Assembly: GCA_050331235.1 (NCBI GenBank)
Contig: JBHJHA010000019.1
Location: 1 to 64,000 of the forward strand
DNA: 64,000 nucleotides
From: Leptolyngbyaceae cyanobacterium
GTDB taxonomy: Bacteria; Cyanobacteriota; Cyanobacteriia; Phormidesmidales; Phormidesmidaceae
Direction of reading: 5' to 3'
Made by a program: the position numbers and the translations under genes. The notes under the pieces were generated by a model. It was given only the letters and a program-made list of their open reading frames with translations. It ran no database searches and was not told the origin of the DNA. Below, one piece after another: positions 1-10,550 of this stretch; within the stretch, counting starts at the first letter, position 1; every line of letters starts with the position of its first letter.

Positions 1-221
1 AGCATTCCAGGCATCGGGCTCCCGTGAACTGCTTTGCTCATATTCTCTGCGGACTCATTGCTTATTGTCACCGACCCAAGAAGCCATCTCTGGATTTGGA
101 CAACAATTTGACGCCCAACGCTTAAACCGAGTTGACGTTAAGCTAAGAGGTGACGGTCCTCATCAAGCAAGTTGATGAGGACCAGGTAAGACTAATGACC
201 AGGCACGTCGGCGATCGTTGC

Positions 222-3200
222 CTATTCGCTCTCATCAGCCATTTGATCAATCAGCACTTCACCCTGCAGCATCTTTTGGGCTGCATCGAGCAGGGCCTCT
301 TCCAAATAGGGTTTAGTGAAATAGCCGCTAGCCCCTAAGTCCACAGCCATCTGTCGGTGACGGTCAGCCCCACGTGAGGTCAGCATAGCGATGGGCACCT
401 GCTTGAGCATGCTGTCTTTCTGCATGCGCGAAAGCAACTCGAGACCATCCATCCGCGGCATCTCGATGTCGCAGAAGACGAGATCGCAAGGCAGTCCGGA
501 GCGCATCTTTTCCCAAGCCTCTTGACCATCGCGGGCCTGCTCGACCCGATAGCCCACCTTGTTGAAACTCATTGACAGCAGCTCGCGCACCGTAATGGAA
601 TCGTCCACAATCAGCACCGTAGGTTCGGTCTTGACGACTTCTTCCTCTTCCGGTGGCAGCTCGACCTGCGACCAGAGAGAGGAGCCCGCCTCTCGTCGAA
701 CCCGTCCTTGAGCAATATCAATGAGCTCAAGCACGTCACCAATGGGCATCACGCGACCATCGCCGAGCACCGTGGCGCCAGCAATGCCCATCGGCTTGGG
801 TACAGGGCCCTCAATCTGCTTAATTACAATTTCCTGCTCGCCTAAAACCCGATCAACTTGAATGCCGATATATGTGTTGGCATTGCGCAGCACAACAATG
901 GAGACCATGTCATCGTCTTGGCTACCGCCATACACGCGGCCTCGGCCCAGAGCCCGATTAAACTGCAGCAGATCAGACAACGGCTGGAAAGACAGTGACA
1001 TATCGCGCCACTGGATAAAGGTTTGGCCATCATCCTTAGCTTGGATGCGCTCGCGGGGCACATCAAACATGTCTTCCACACCATCCATTGGGAAGGCTAT
1101 GCGTGCCTGGTTATTCAAACAGCTGAGCGCCTTAGAAATACTCAGGGTGAGCGGTAGGCGAATCGTAAAGCTGGTGCCTTTGCCCATCTCAGAGTCGATG
1201 CTGATAGAGCCTCGAATCTCGGATAGGGCCGTACGCACTACGTCCATCCCCACACCGCGCCCAGCAAAGTCGTCAGCCTGATCACGGGTACTAAACCCAT
1301 GACGGAATAACAGCTCATAGATTTCTAACGTATTCATGCTGTCGGCCTCAGCCTGGGTAATCAATCCCTTCTGAATAGCTTTGCTTTTCACCACGTCTGG
1401 ATTGATACCTGCTCCATCATCTTCAATGTAAATGACGGTTTGGTTACCTTGGTAAAAGGCACGCACGGTGATTTTGCCTTCCCGAGATTTGCCCACGGCG
1501 GCCCGTTCCTCAGGCGACTCAATGCCGTGGGTGATGGCATTGTTGACCAAGTGAGTCATGGGGTCGTATAGGCGCTCCAGCAGCATCTTGTCGATGAGGG
1601 TGTCGCGGCCTTCGACCACCAAGCGAGCTTCTTTACCACATTTGATGGAGATATCGCGAACGGCTCGCGGTAGACGATCAGCTGTTTGCGCAAAAGGCAC
1701 CATGCGAGCCTTATTGAGACCCTCTTGAAGCTGAGTCGTGACCTGGCGAAACTGACGGGCAATTTGGTCGGTTGATTCCACCGTATAGGCGATATCAGAC
1801 GACGACTCTCGAACGCGGACGATCAGCTCGATCATTTCTTGGGTCAGGGTGTGGAAACCGGTGAATCGGTCCATCTCTAGAGCATCAAAGTCAGCCCCCG
1901 TCGCATGGCCATCACCGTTGCCAGCAATTTGGACCACCTGCGTCCCCCCGGCCTGGAAGGACTGACGGCTAGCAAGTAGTGAACTCTCCAGCAGCGATCG
2001 CTCATATAAATCGCGCATTCGCTGACCCACATCGTTGAGCTGTTGCACTTGAAACAGCAGATTATCGAGGAACTGCCGGAAACGATCTTGGTCTTGTTCT
2101 AAGGAGTTGCGGTTGACGACGAGCTCACCAACCAAGTTGTTGAGGTTGTCTAGGTGCTTGACCGAAACCCGCATCGTCTGATCGACGATGCCCCCGACCC
2201 GCCGCGACGAGCGGCCAGCCCCCGGCGACCGGATCGTGGACGCAGAACCGCCCAGGGTTTGGTCGGCCTCTTCTAACAGTTTTTCCAAATCACCGAAGCC
2301 ATCATCCCCGCCATCAAACGCGTTTGCTGGTTCAGCCTCATCAGTTGCGGGACCATCGTCTAGCAGAGCATCCAGCTCGCCAAAATCCACATTATCGTCA
2401 GTAGCTGTGGAGACCTCGGTTGCCTCAGAGGGGGCATCGTTCAACAGGTCATCGAGTTCGTCAAACTCGCCATCCGCAGCACTGACCCCAGTGTCAGATT
2501 CCGTTGGCGCGATCGCAGCGGGCTCCTCCAACATGGCATCCAATTCGCCAAAGCCTCCGTCACTACCCAAGTCGAAATCTTGAGTAGCCGCTGCGGGAGC
2601 TGAGTCGCCTGACGGCCCGGGGTCGTCAACATCAGCATCAATGCCGAGCGCTTCCAAATCAGTCAACTCGGAGAGGCCAGCATCGGGGGTCGTCAAGATA
2701 TTATCGCGATCTTCAGAGGCTGCCGCTGATAGATCTAAATCATTCAAAGCATCAAGCTCAAGGTCAGGACTATCACTATCGACCAACAGGTCAGTGGCAG
2801 GAAGTTCGTCATCTCCCGTCAGGGACGCATCCAGCTCGGCCACCTCTAAGTCGCCAAAATCACCCTCAGCACTGGACATCTCAGCCAAGGAACCAGCGTC
2901 TTGGTCCCCAACCTCAGCGGTGATTTCCTCCGGGGTCGCACCGGCATCGTCAGCGCTCAGCCCGTCGGCCTCAAGCAAGCCACCAGCATCGCCATCTTCG
3001 GAGTCTGCCGATGGCGCAGCAAAGAAGGCATCTTCACTTCCAGGATCAACCAAGCTGAGCAAATTATCGGCGTCCGCAGCGGTATCTACTAATGGATTGG
3101 CATCGAGCTCATTGGTAAAGAGATCATCATTCGCTGCTGGAGTCGCATCAAGCTCATCAGCGATCGCCTCTGGAAGCAAATCATCAGACACCTCTGAAGT

Positions 3201-6200
3201 GCCAAAAAAGTCATCAATGTCGCTGGTCGGAGTCTCGAGGTCCAAATCTTCCTCGGTCGACTCCCCACCAAAGAAATCATCTGATGAGTCATCGATGGCG
3301 ATCGTCTCTGACGGAGCCGCCTCAGCCGTGTCAAACAGTTCATCAGCAGGGGCGGCTAGTTCCTCTGCAGCCGTGTCAAACTCTACCGACGTGGGTTCAT
3401 CGAACAACGAGCCTAATTCATCATTGGCGGATGCTGTAGGCTCCTCAGTCGCAGCCAAGAAGTCCAACTCTTCGTCGGCACCCAGGGTAAGATCTTCATC
3501 ACTGCTGTCGGCAAAGGTTAAGCCTAAACCATCATCCAGCTCCGCTCCATCCGCCATGTCTAGTGGCTCGTCAAAGCGAGCATCAGTAGCAGTGGCCTCT
3601 GTGTCGAATTCGGCAAATTCATCAGCCTGGACGGTTGGCGCAGCGGAGGGGGCGCTCTCTTCCATCAAGTCTAATAAGTCAGACGTGGCATCATCTACCG
3701 AGCTCAGAGCAGTTGCATCGTCCTCGACTGCCTTGATCTCATCATCAAAGAGAACACCCAATCCGTCATCAGCGATCGCGGCAGAACTGTCTTCGACCTC
3801 TTCTGTACTCAACAGAGTCCCAGAGTCCTCTGCAGAGGGATTGGCCATTGCCCCTGCTTCATCTTCAGTACCATCAGCCTCAAAAGAATCTGCCGCTCCC
3901 GCTGATACCAGCCCGTCGTCAGTCAAAAAGTCATCGTCGACAGGAGCTGAATCAGCTATGGATTCTGTACTGTGATCAGTTTCATCGAGATCGGGAAAGT
4001 CGCTGAAATCTAAATCGTTTGACGCCTCAGAGATGCCAGTCGTCGAGGCCGCCGGGTCTTGCTCAGTCCACAAATCATCTAACGCTTCCAGGGCTGACTC
4101 ATCCGAGACAGCGATCTCGGGCTCATCGCTTGACCAAGGGTCTTTAATCTCGTCGAAGGATTCAGCCGCATCCGTGTCAATCGCTGCACCACTTCCTGCT
4201 GCTTCCGGGGAGATCGCGTCAGCATCGACAGCAACCTCGGTTTCATCTGTCAACGTATTCCCTAAAGTCGCCGCTAGTTCATCAGGGCCGGCAGTAGCCA
4301 CGACTTCATCATCGCCAAATAAATCGCCAAAGTCCTCATCAGCGCCACCAGATAAGTTTTCGAAATCAGCAGCTAAGCCATCAGTAGCTGGTGCATCAGT
4401 AACAGCTGCGTCATCACCAAACAAATCACCAAATTCTCCGTCTTCATCTTCCGAGGGAGAATTGGCTAGGGTCGCAGTCAGGTCGTCGGTAGCTAGTGCA
4501 GCAGCGCCGGTTGCATCATCTTCGAATAAATTGCCAAAGTCCCCATCGTTGTCTGGGGATGAATTCTCTAATTCAGGAGTTACGTCATCGGTAGCTGGAG
4601 CAGCTGCGCCGGCTGCGTCATCGCTAAACAGATCACCGAATCCCTCGTCATCACTTGATAGGTTGTCTGGGAGCGTCTCCGCTGTGAATTCCAGATTATC
4701 CGTGACCTCTTCTGATGCATCCGTGAGGTCAAACTCCAAGTCGTCAGAGGCTTCCGCTTCGTTGACTTCATCAGGAGCAGCGGTCAAGTCATCTAGCAAT
4801 GAGTCGACGCCTGCATCATCGACCCTAAGGCTGTCCTCGGCGGCCCCGCTAGCAGCCTCATCGGTAATCTCCATCAAATCTTCAAAGCCATTCTCTGATG
4901 TCGTCTCCGAAGAAGGAACGGCTTTGCTAGGTGCAGACACCTCGGCCAGATCATTGGTATTGCCGAACAAATCGGCCAGATCATCACTGTTATCAGTAGT
5001 TTCCTCTTGCAGCGACGCTTCTAGCAAATCGGAGAAATCGCTATCAATATCAAGGTCGGGACTTTGAGTTTCAGCGATCGCCGCTTCCCCTTCGGAGATC
5101 TCTTCCCAGGGAGAATCGAGCTCTGATACCTCTCCCTCAAAGAGATCCGCAAGGCTATTCAATTCTGCTGCACCGACCGTCGGTTCGCGTGGCACCTCCG
5201 CACCGGGGGTAGCAGTCAAGGCATCAAAGGAGTCAATTAGATCTAACGAATCAGCCGGCTTCTCGGCTGGAGTTTCTGCATTAGTCTCAGCAGCTGTCAA
5301 CCAATCGATGTCAGTTGCGGCATCCGACACGGGCTGAGTTTCAGACTCAAAGAGCGCATCAAAATCAGGCTCTTCAGCATCAGGAGACGTGAGGGCATCC
5401 CCAAGCAGCGCATCAATGTCGTCGATCGCGGCATCGGTCGACTCAGGTGGCGGCATCAATGCTTCTAAATCGGAGGAAATAGCAATTTCACTCGCTTGAC
5501 CCGATAACACGAGCTCTTGCGATCGCTTGAGCTCCTTGATGACCACAGGCGCAAGTGATCGGTAGGTTTGCTCGGGGTTGCCGATGGCTTGTCTCGCCGC
5601 TGCCGCTAAGTCACACCAGTGGCTTAAATCAAACTGTTCGCCCACCCGCTTTAACGCTTCGCAGGTTGACTGCAATGCCGATCGACTGCTCTCGGAGTCC
5701 GCCTGTTTAAACAGAGTCAACATCTCCCGGAGATGACCCGGTACGTCGCTACTAAAGACCAGCTTTAGAGCACTATCTTCACTGCTTGTGGTCACCACTC
5801 GAGCCGGTCGAGCGCTGCGCGCTGTCACCGCTGGGGCCACGGCTGGTGCTGTCTCCGGCGCCGCCGCCACCAACTCATTGAGATGGGACTCAAGTCGCTC
5901 AAAAACAGGCTCAACATCGGCCATAATCTCTTGAGCTTTTTCATCCGTCAGCCCAAATGGTCCCTGCAACTCTTCCAAGAGTGCTTGCAAGCCATCAAAA
6001 ACTTGCAAAAACATCGATTCTAGATCGCGATCAATCTGGGTAGTTGGCGCTTCTTTAAGGACTTTGAAGTAATCTTCTAAACGATGAGAAGTCTGCTGAA
6101 TACTGCCCAAACTTAACATTGCCGCACCGCCCTTCACCGAGTGCGCAGCCCGAAAAACTTCGCTCACCATCTCTGGATCTTGAATAGTGGCTTGAAGATT

Positions 6201-6287
6201 CAGCAGGCCTTGCTCAATGGTATTTAGGTGATCCTTAGCTTCCTCGATAAAGTAACCCAGGATTCTTTGCTGCTGTTCAGGCATCAT
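222..6287 (-). CDS. cheA: CheA-like hybrid histidine kinase (Hpt - long acidic linker - HATPase - CheW - REC), PilL/HmpE type
   Basis: N-terminal Hpt FRAAHSVKGGA; HATPase N/G boxes HLVNNAITHGIE, DDGAGI, GRGVGMDVV; CheW domain; C-terminal REC (VDDS, FCDIEMPRMDG); last gene of the chemotaxis-like operon. Confidence 0.95.
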   Translation of the reverse strand: MMPEQQQRILGYFIEEAKDHLNTIEQGLLNLQATIQDPEMVSEVFRAAHSVKGGAAMLSLGSIQQTSHRLEDYFKVLKEAPTTQIDRDLESMFLQVFDGLQALLEELQGPFGLTDEKAQEIMADVEPVFERLESHLNELVAAAPETAPAVAPAVTARSARPARVVTTSSEDSALKLVFSSDVPGHLREMLTLFKQADSESSRSALQSTCEALKRVGEQFDLSHWCDLAAAARQAIGNPEQTYRSLAPVVIKELKRSQELVLSGQASEIAISSDLEALMPPPESTDAAIDDIDALLGDALTSPDAEEPDFDALFESETQPVSDAATDIDWLTAAETNAETPAEKPADSLDLIDSFDALTATPGAEVPREPTVGAAELNSLADLFEGEVSELDSPWEEISEGEAAIAETQSPDLDIDSDFSDLLEASLQEETTDNSDDLADLFGNTNDLAEVSAPSKAVPSSETTSENGFEDLMEITDEAASGAAEDSLRVDDAGVDSLLDDLTAAPDEVNEAEASDDLEFDLTDASEEVTDNLEFTAETLPDNLSSDDEGFGDLFSDDAAGAAAPATDDVTPELENSSPDNDGDFGNLFEDDATGAAALATDDLTATLANSPSEDEDGEFGDLFGDDAAVTDAPATDGLAADFENLSGGADEDFGDLFGDDEVVATAGPDELAATLGNTLTDETEVAVDADAISPEAAGSGAAIDTDAAESFDEIKDPWSSDEPEIAVSDESALEALDDLWTEQDPAASTTGISEASNDLDFSDFPDLDETDHSTESIADSAPVDDDFLTDDGLVSAGAADSFEADGTEDEAGAMANPSAEDSGTLLSTEEVEDSSAAIADDGLGVLFDDEIKAVEDDATALSSVDDATSDLLDLMEESAPSAAPTVQADEFAEFDTEATATDARFDEPLDMADGAELDDGLGLTFADSSDEDLTLGADEELDFLAATEEPTASANDELGSLFDEPTSVEFDTAAEELAAPADELFDTAEAAPSETIAIDDSSDDFFGGESTEEDLDLETPTSDIDDFFGTSEVSDDLLPEAIADELDATPAANDDLFTNELDANPLVDTAADADNLLSLVDPGSEDAFFAAPSADSEDGDAGGLLEADGLSADDAGATPEEITAEVGDQDAGSLAEMSSAEGDFGDLEVAELDASLTGDDELPATDLLVDSDSPDLELDALNDLDLSAAASEDRDNILTTPDAGLSELTDLEALGIDADVDDPGPSGDSAPAAATQDFDLGSDGGFGELDAMLEEPAAIAPTESDTGVSAADGEFDELDDLLNDAPSEATEVSTATDDNVDFGELDALLDDGPATDEAEPANAFDGGDDGFGDLEKLLEEADQTLGGSASTIRSPGAGRSSRRVGGIVDQTMRVSVKHLDNLNNLVGELVVNRNSLEQDQDRFRQFLDNLLFQVQQLNDVGQRMRDLYERSLLESSLLASRQSFQAGGTQVVQIAGNGDGHATGADFDALEMDRFTGFHTLTQEMIELIVRVRESSSDIAYTVESTDQIARQFRQVTTQLQEGLNKARMVPFAQTADRLPRAVRDISIKCGKEARLVVEGRDTLIDKMLLERLYDPMTHLVNNAITHGIESPEERAAVGKSREGKITVRAFYQGNQTVIYIEDDGAGINPDVVKSKAIQKGLITQAEADSMNTLEIYELLFRHGFSTRDQADDFAGRGVGMDVVRTALSEIRGSISIDSEMGKGTSFTIRLPLTLSISKALSCLNNQARIAFPMDGVEDMFDVPRERIQAKDDGQTFIQWRDMSLSFQPLSDLLQFNRALGRGRVYGGSQDDDMVSIVVLRNANTYIGIQVDRVLGEQEIVIKQIEGPVPKPMGIAGATVLGDGRVMPIGDVLELIDIAQGRVRREAGSSLWSQVELPPEEEEVVKTEPTVLIVDDSITVRELLSMSFNKVGYRVEQARDGQEAWEKMRSGLPCDLVFCDIEMPRMDGLELLSRMQKDSMLKQVPIAMLTSRGADRHRQMAVDLGASGYFTKPYLEEALLDAAQKMLQGEVLIDQMADESE

Positions 6288-6471
6288 GGCGGACTATCCC
6301 CCTCGTGCTCATATGTGGTGCCCTTCTACTAGTGTGTTTAATGCAATGCGCTTGCTTTCCGGTATTCAGCCAGTTGACCTAGCGTCCCCTTGTTCACACA
6401 TGTTAATGGGTTTAACGAGGGGGTCGTTACAGCTGTTTACAAAACAACCCTTACGACTTGAGGCCGCTGCA

Positions 6472-9237
6472 TCAGTTTTCTCCCCCGTCTGAATCAACCT
6501 TAAATCTTTCAACCGAGGTTAGTAGATCGCGGGCAACGCCTACCAAGTTTTGCAACGAGCCGGAAACTCGTTGTGATTCCTGCGAGGTTTCCTGGGCCGT
6601 TAATTCAACGGACTGCATCACCTGAGCCACGGTTCGCGACGTTTCCGTTTGTTCTACCGTGTCAGCAGTAATGGACCGCACTAGCACATCGATCCGATTG
6701 GATACTTGGATAATGTCTTCCAGCGATCGCTTGGCTTGCTCAGCCAGCTTCGTCCCTTCAATCACCTGCTGCGTACCTTCTTCCATTGCCGTCATCACAC
6801 CGCTAGTCTCACTTTGAATCTGTAAGACAATTTGTTCAATTTCCTTAGAGGCCTTAGCGGCTCTATCAGCCAGCTGCCGGACTTCATCTGCCACAATGGC
6901 AAACCCTCGCCCAGCTTCTCCGGCCCGAGCCGCCTCGATACTGGCATTAAGAGCCAGCAAGTTTGTCCGCGATGCAATCTGTGAAATCAAAGCTACAATT
7001 TTCGAAATTTCTTGGGAAGACTCTGCTAAACGCTTCACTTTTCGAGTGGTTTCCGCCACCGTCTCCCGAATTTCCAAGATACCGGCAACGGTTCGTTCCA
7101 CTGACTCTCCCCCACGCAGGGCAGTCGCCGATGCAGACCGCGCTACGTCCTCTGCTTCACGGGCGCTTTCTGCCACCCGCTGAATCGAATCCGTCATCAC
7201 TTGAACTGAATTTAAGGTGACTGCCAGCTCCTCCGCCTGTCGTAAGGCATCAGCTGATAAGCTGCGGGCAAACATTTCATTTTCAGTGGATGCCGCACTC
7301 ACCTGGCGAGCCGCCGCACTCACCTGCTGCACAATTTCCTGCAGATTTTGAATGGTTAGGTTGAAGGAATCAGCCACGGCCCCTAAAACGTCCGCCGTCA
7401 CTTCAGCTTTGACCGTGAGATCACCACGGGCTGCGCCTTCCACATCGTCTAGAAGGCGGATCACCTGGCGTTGCAGATCTTCCTTCGCCTGCTCTTGCTC
7501 TTGGGCTTTGCGCTGGGCCTCACTGGTCGTCGTCAAAATAACCCGCGCCATTTGATTAAAGCCCGATGACAGTTGCCCCACCTCATCTTCAGCATATACA
7601 GTCGCACGCGCATTGAGGTTGCCCTGGGAAACCGCCGAAAATTGGGTTTGCAAATCATTAAGCCCCTGCTTAGAACGGCGATTTGCTAAATGACCGACAC
7701 CCGCCGCCGCACCAAAACCTGCAATGCCTGCCGCTAATGACATCGCGGTTGCTGGCACCGGTTGGACCTTTTGGTCCGACATCGCATAGGAACTGCCAAA
7801 GTACACAACCGCAGCAGTAATAAATGAAGCGAGACCCGCTGCTCCGGCGACAACTAACTGCTTAGTATCAATTGAGGCATTCTCTAGCAGGGCAATAGAA
7901 CCCTGATCCGTTTGCACTGGCTTAGTATCTTCTTCTTCAACTTGAGCAAATGCCGGCAGCTGATCAGCAACACCCGAAATGCTGAAAATTTCTTCGTTAT
8001 CAACAGTGGCAGAATCGGTTCCATCGATCGCAAAATCAGACGCGCCAAAACTATCTTCCTGGCTATCTGTAGTATCTTCAGCACCAATACCGGAACTGCC
8101 CACGGCCGGGCTGGTAAATCCAGCAGAACTGTCCGTCAGCTCAAAATCAGGAATGCTGCCAAGATCGTCAAACTCATCGAAGTCATCAAGAAAGTCAACA
8201 TTACTTTGACTGCCGGTACTGTCCTCTACCACGCCTGCACCATTATCGGCGTAGTTGACATCGGCGTAGGTCTCTCCCGTCGATCCTTCATCTGATACAT
8301 AACCCGAATCTCCATAGGAGCTGAAAACATCCTCAGCATCCCCTACCGGAGGCTCAATCTGGGAAGGCTCAGACATAAACAGCGTTTGCTCATCCGACTC
8401 CGGCACCGAATAGTCAGTCGAGGCATCAGCGGCATACTCAGATTCATTCAGCATTTCTTCCATCTGGGTTGGGGCTGATTCAAAATCCGCAACGCCCTCA
8501 GCGCCCAAAGGTTCAGGATCGGTTTCGGCCGTTTCTAAATTTTCAAACGCCGAAAATGGATCGTCCCCAGCCAGCTCAGAATCAGGTATATCCATCTCTG
8601 AGAGATCGATATCAGCACCAAAAGGGTTGCTCTCGTCAACCGCCGCAAAGTCTGGCTCCGAAACACTCGGAGCAGCAAACGGGTCAGCATTGGATGTCCA
8701 TGGAGCACCTTCCTCAGCACCCTCCACGGGTCCGCCCTCGCTAAAAGGATTGTCATAGGGAGATTCGGCAGCAGATTGGCTAGGCAGATCAAGATCGACA
8801 TCCGCCGCATCTAGATTGAATTCTGTCAGATCCTCGTCTTCAAACAGCTCAATCGGTTCATCTGCTTCGGTATCGTCCCCGTCGCGAGCAGGCGATACAT
8901 CCGCTAATGTGACATTTTCATCCACCACATCCGCAGAGGGAGAGCTGAACGTATCCGCCGCTGCTTGCTCCTCTGCGTAGGTCAAGCCGTTGTGGGCAAA
9001 ATCGACAAACTCAGGATCATCCGTAACATTGAGTACTGCTTTATATTGTTCCCGAGCTTCGCTATAGCGGTGCAAGCCATAGCAATAAATATGTCCCCGC
9101 AGCAAGAGTACGCTGGGATCGGTAGGATAGTCGGCAGCAAGCTGATCGATGATCCCGGCAGCATCCTCATAGCTACCTTGCATGTAGGCTCTCTCAGCTT
9201 TCTGATATGCTTGGGTGTAATCAGTGCTCGATGCCAT
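6472..9237 (-). CDS. pilJ: Methyl-accepting chemotaxis protein with N-terminal TPR, acidic linker, 2 TM, HAMP (PilJ/HmpD type)
   Basis: MCP signature [41 protein letters not shown] ([21 protein letters not shown]); TPR-like N-terminus. Confidence 0.93.
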   Translation of the reverse strand: MASSTDYTQAYQKAERAYMQGSYEDAAGIIDQLAADYPTDPSVLLLRGHIYCYGLHRYSEAREQYKAVLNVTDDPEFVDFAHNGLTYAEEQAAADTFSSPSADVVDENVTLADVSPARDGDDTEADEPIELFEDEDLTEFNLDAADVDLDLPSQSAAESPYDNPFSEGGPVEGAEEGAPWTSNADPFAAPSVSEPDFAAVDESNPFGADIDLSEMDIPDSELAGDDPFSAFENLETAETDPEPLGAEGVADFESAPTQMEEMLNESEYAADASTDYSVPESDEQTLFMSEPSQIEPPVGDAEDVFSSYGDSGYVSDEGSTGETYADVNYADNGAGVVEDSTGSQSNVDFLDDFDEFDDLGSIPDFELTDSSAGFTSPAVGSSGIGAEDTTDSQEDSFGASDFAIDGTDSATVDNEEIFSISGVADQLPAFAQVEEEDTKPVQTDQGSIALLENASIDTKQLVVAGAAGLASFITAAVVYFGSSYAMSDQKVQPVPATAMSLAAGIAGFGAAAGVGHLANRRSKQGLNDLQTQFSAVSQGNLNARATVYAEDEVGQLSSGFNQMARVILTTTSEAQRKAQEQEQAKEDLQRQVIRLLDDVEGAARGDLTVKAEVTADVLGAVADSFNLTIQNLQEIVQQVSAAARQVSAASTENEMFARSLSADALRQAEELAVTLNSVQVMTDSIQRVAESAREAEDVARSASATALRGGESVERTVAGILEIRETVAETTRKVKRLAESSQEISKIVALISQIASRTNLLALNASIEAARAGEAGRGFAIVADEVRQLADRAAKASKEIEQIVLQIQSETSGVMTAMEEGTQQVIEGTKLAEQAKRSLEDIIQVSNRIDVLVRSITADTVEQTETSRTVAQVMQSVELTAQETSQESQRVSGSLQNLVGVARDLLTSVERFKVDSDGGEN

Positions 9238-9277
9238 TTCCTAATCTCCTGCTGTTTAAGCAATCTAAATACAGCTG

Positions 9278-9811
9278 TCAAGCAGCCCAGCGAGCTGATC
9301 TCAAAACAGCGATGTGGTCTAGTAATCGAACGATGCGCTTGGAAGAGTCGTCGCCAACAGCCCACTCTCCTTTTAAGAAAGGAGCCATCGTATCGGGAAT
9401 ACTTTGAGCCAGGTTAAGAGACTCAAGATCCATCCAATCAGTCCCAACTATCTGATTAACGGCTAAGCCTAACATAGTTCCTTGTTCTTCAACAGCTATG
9501 ACGGGAATCTCCGTTCTATCAGTATTGAGCGGGGTGGGATAGCCCAAAAACTGACCGAGGTCAGCCACCCAGATTACTCGTCCTTGTTCATTCAGCGTAC
9601 CCAGCAACAGGGGAGACACATTCGGCACAGCGGTAATTCGATCCGGGGGATGCTCAATAATCCGTCGGATACCAGTAGCTGGCAGTGCAAACTCATCGCC
9701 AGACGCCACAAAGAAACGCAGATATAGTTCACCTTCGGGCGTTTCTAGCGCTTGCAGTTCTGGGCCTTGCTCCTGCCCCTTACCAGCTAAAAAATCGGGA
9801 TTGCCGACCAT
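9278..9811 (-). CDS. cheW: CheW-like adaptor (PilI/HmpC)
   Basis: ITAVPNVSPLLLGTLNEQGRVIWVADL CheW motif; operon position. Confidence 0.92.
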   Translation of the reverse strand: MVGNPDFLAGKGQEQGPELQALETPEGELYLRFFVASGDEFALPATGIRRIIEHPPDRITAVPNVSPLLLGTLNEQGRVIWVADLGQFLGYPTPLNTDRTEIPVIAVEEQGTMLGLAVNQIVGTDWMDLESLNLAQSIPDTMAPFLKGEWAVGDDSSKRIVRLLDHIAVLRSARWAA

Positions 9812-9833
9812 GCTTTTCCTCCATCCCTGAACA

Positions 9834-10202
9834 TTAACCTCGCAGCAGTTGTTTTACGGTGCCCAGCAATTCCATCGGTTGAAACGGTTTTGCAATGTAT
9901 GCATCAGCTCCTTGTTTCATCCCCCAGTAGCGATCAAATTCCTCCCCTTTGGAAGAACATAAAATTACCGGTACGTTTTGCGTCACCGGATCAGCTTTGA
10001 GACGACGACAAACTTCATATCCGTTCATTCTAGGCATGACGATGTCCAAGACAACCAAATCAGGATGTTCTCCTGCTTGAATCTGCTCCAGAGCTTCTAC
10101 GCCATCGGTAACCGCAGCGACCGTCAGACCATTTCCCTTTAACAACTCAGTAATCATTTCTCGCTGGGGAATGCTGTCCTCCACCACCAAAACCATGCTC
10201 AT
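9834..10202 (-). CDS. pilH: CheY-like single-domain response regulator (PilH/HmpB)
   Basis: VLVVEDS...LDIVMPRMNG...YIAKPF; ATG at 10202 preferred over TTG at 10211. Confidence 0.92.
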   Translation of the reverse strand: MSMVLVVEDSIPQREMITELLKGNGLTVAAVTDGVEALEQIQAGEHPDLVVLDIVMPRMNGYEVCRRLKADPVTQNVPVILCSSKGEEFDRYWGMKQGADAYIAKPFQPMELLGTVKQLLRG

Positions 10203-10550
10203 AATATTCAATGACTCGCAAATTGGCTTCCCTGATGCAACTTTTCACGGTGTAACGTGCTTTTTGCGGTGTTCAAGACAGCAGCGTGACTACAATTGCC
10301 GCCCCGTGCTTTCTAAAGTACCCGCAAACTTGTAAAACCCTTGCTCTTTGGAATAGAGAATTAACTTATGTTGCAGCTCATGGTTGAAAAGACACCTTTG
10401 CCCTCAGGCATATGCTAACAGTGCCTAAACCTATTGCTCGGGAATATCCTGGCATAACAATTCTGCAAATCGGTGCAAGCGCAGGAAAAATTCCTTGCCG
10501 TCGCTACTTCCTTGGCGGATGAGTTTTGGCCGCACCTGATTGATCTAGCC

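Noticed and set aside
1..150. Possible start of a minus-strand gene running off the left edge
   Set aside because: Only a few codons are visible and there is no recognisable motif
2188..5067. Long + strand Ser-rich ORFs (131, 444, 344 aa)
   Set aside because: Antisense shadows of the Asp/Glu-rich CheA linker (GAT/GAC/GAA codons read as Ser in reverse); no domain signal
10300..10460. SigJ/SigF-type GGGAATACT promoter for pilH
   Set aside because: The best match (GGGAATATC at 10440) is on the wrong strand, and the minus-strand match is weak
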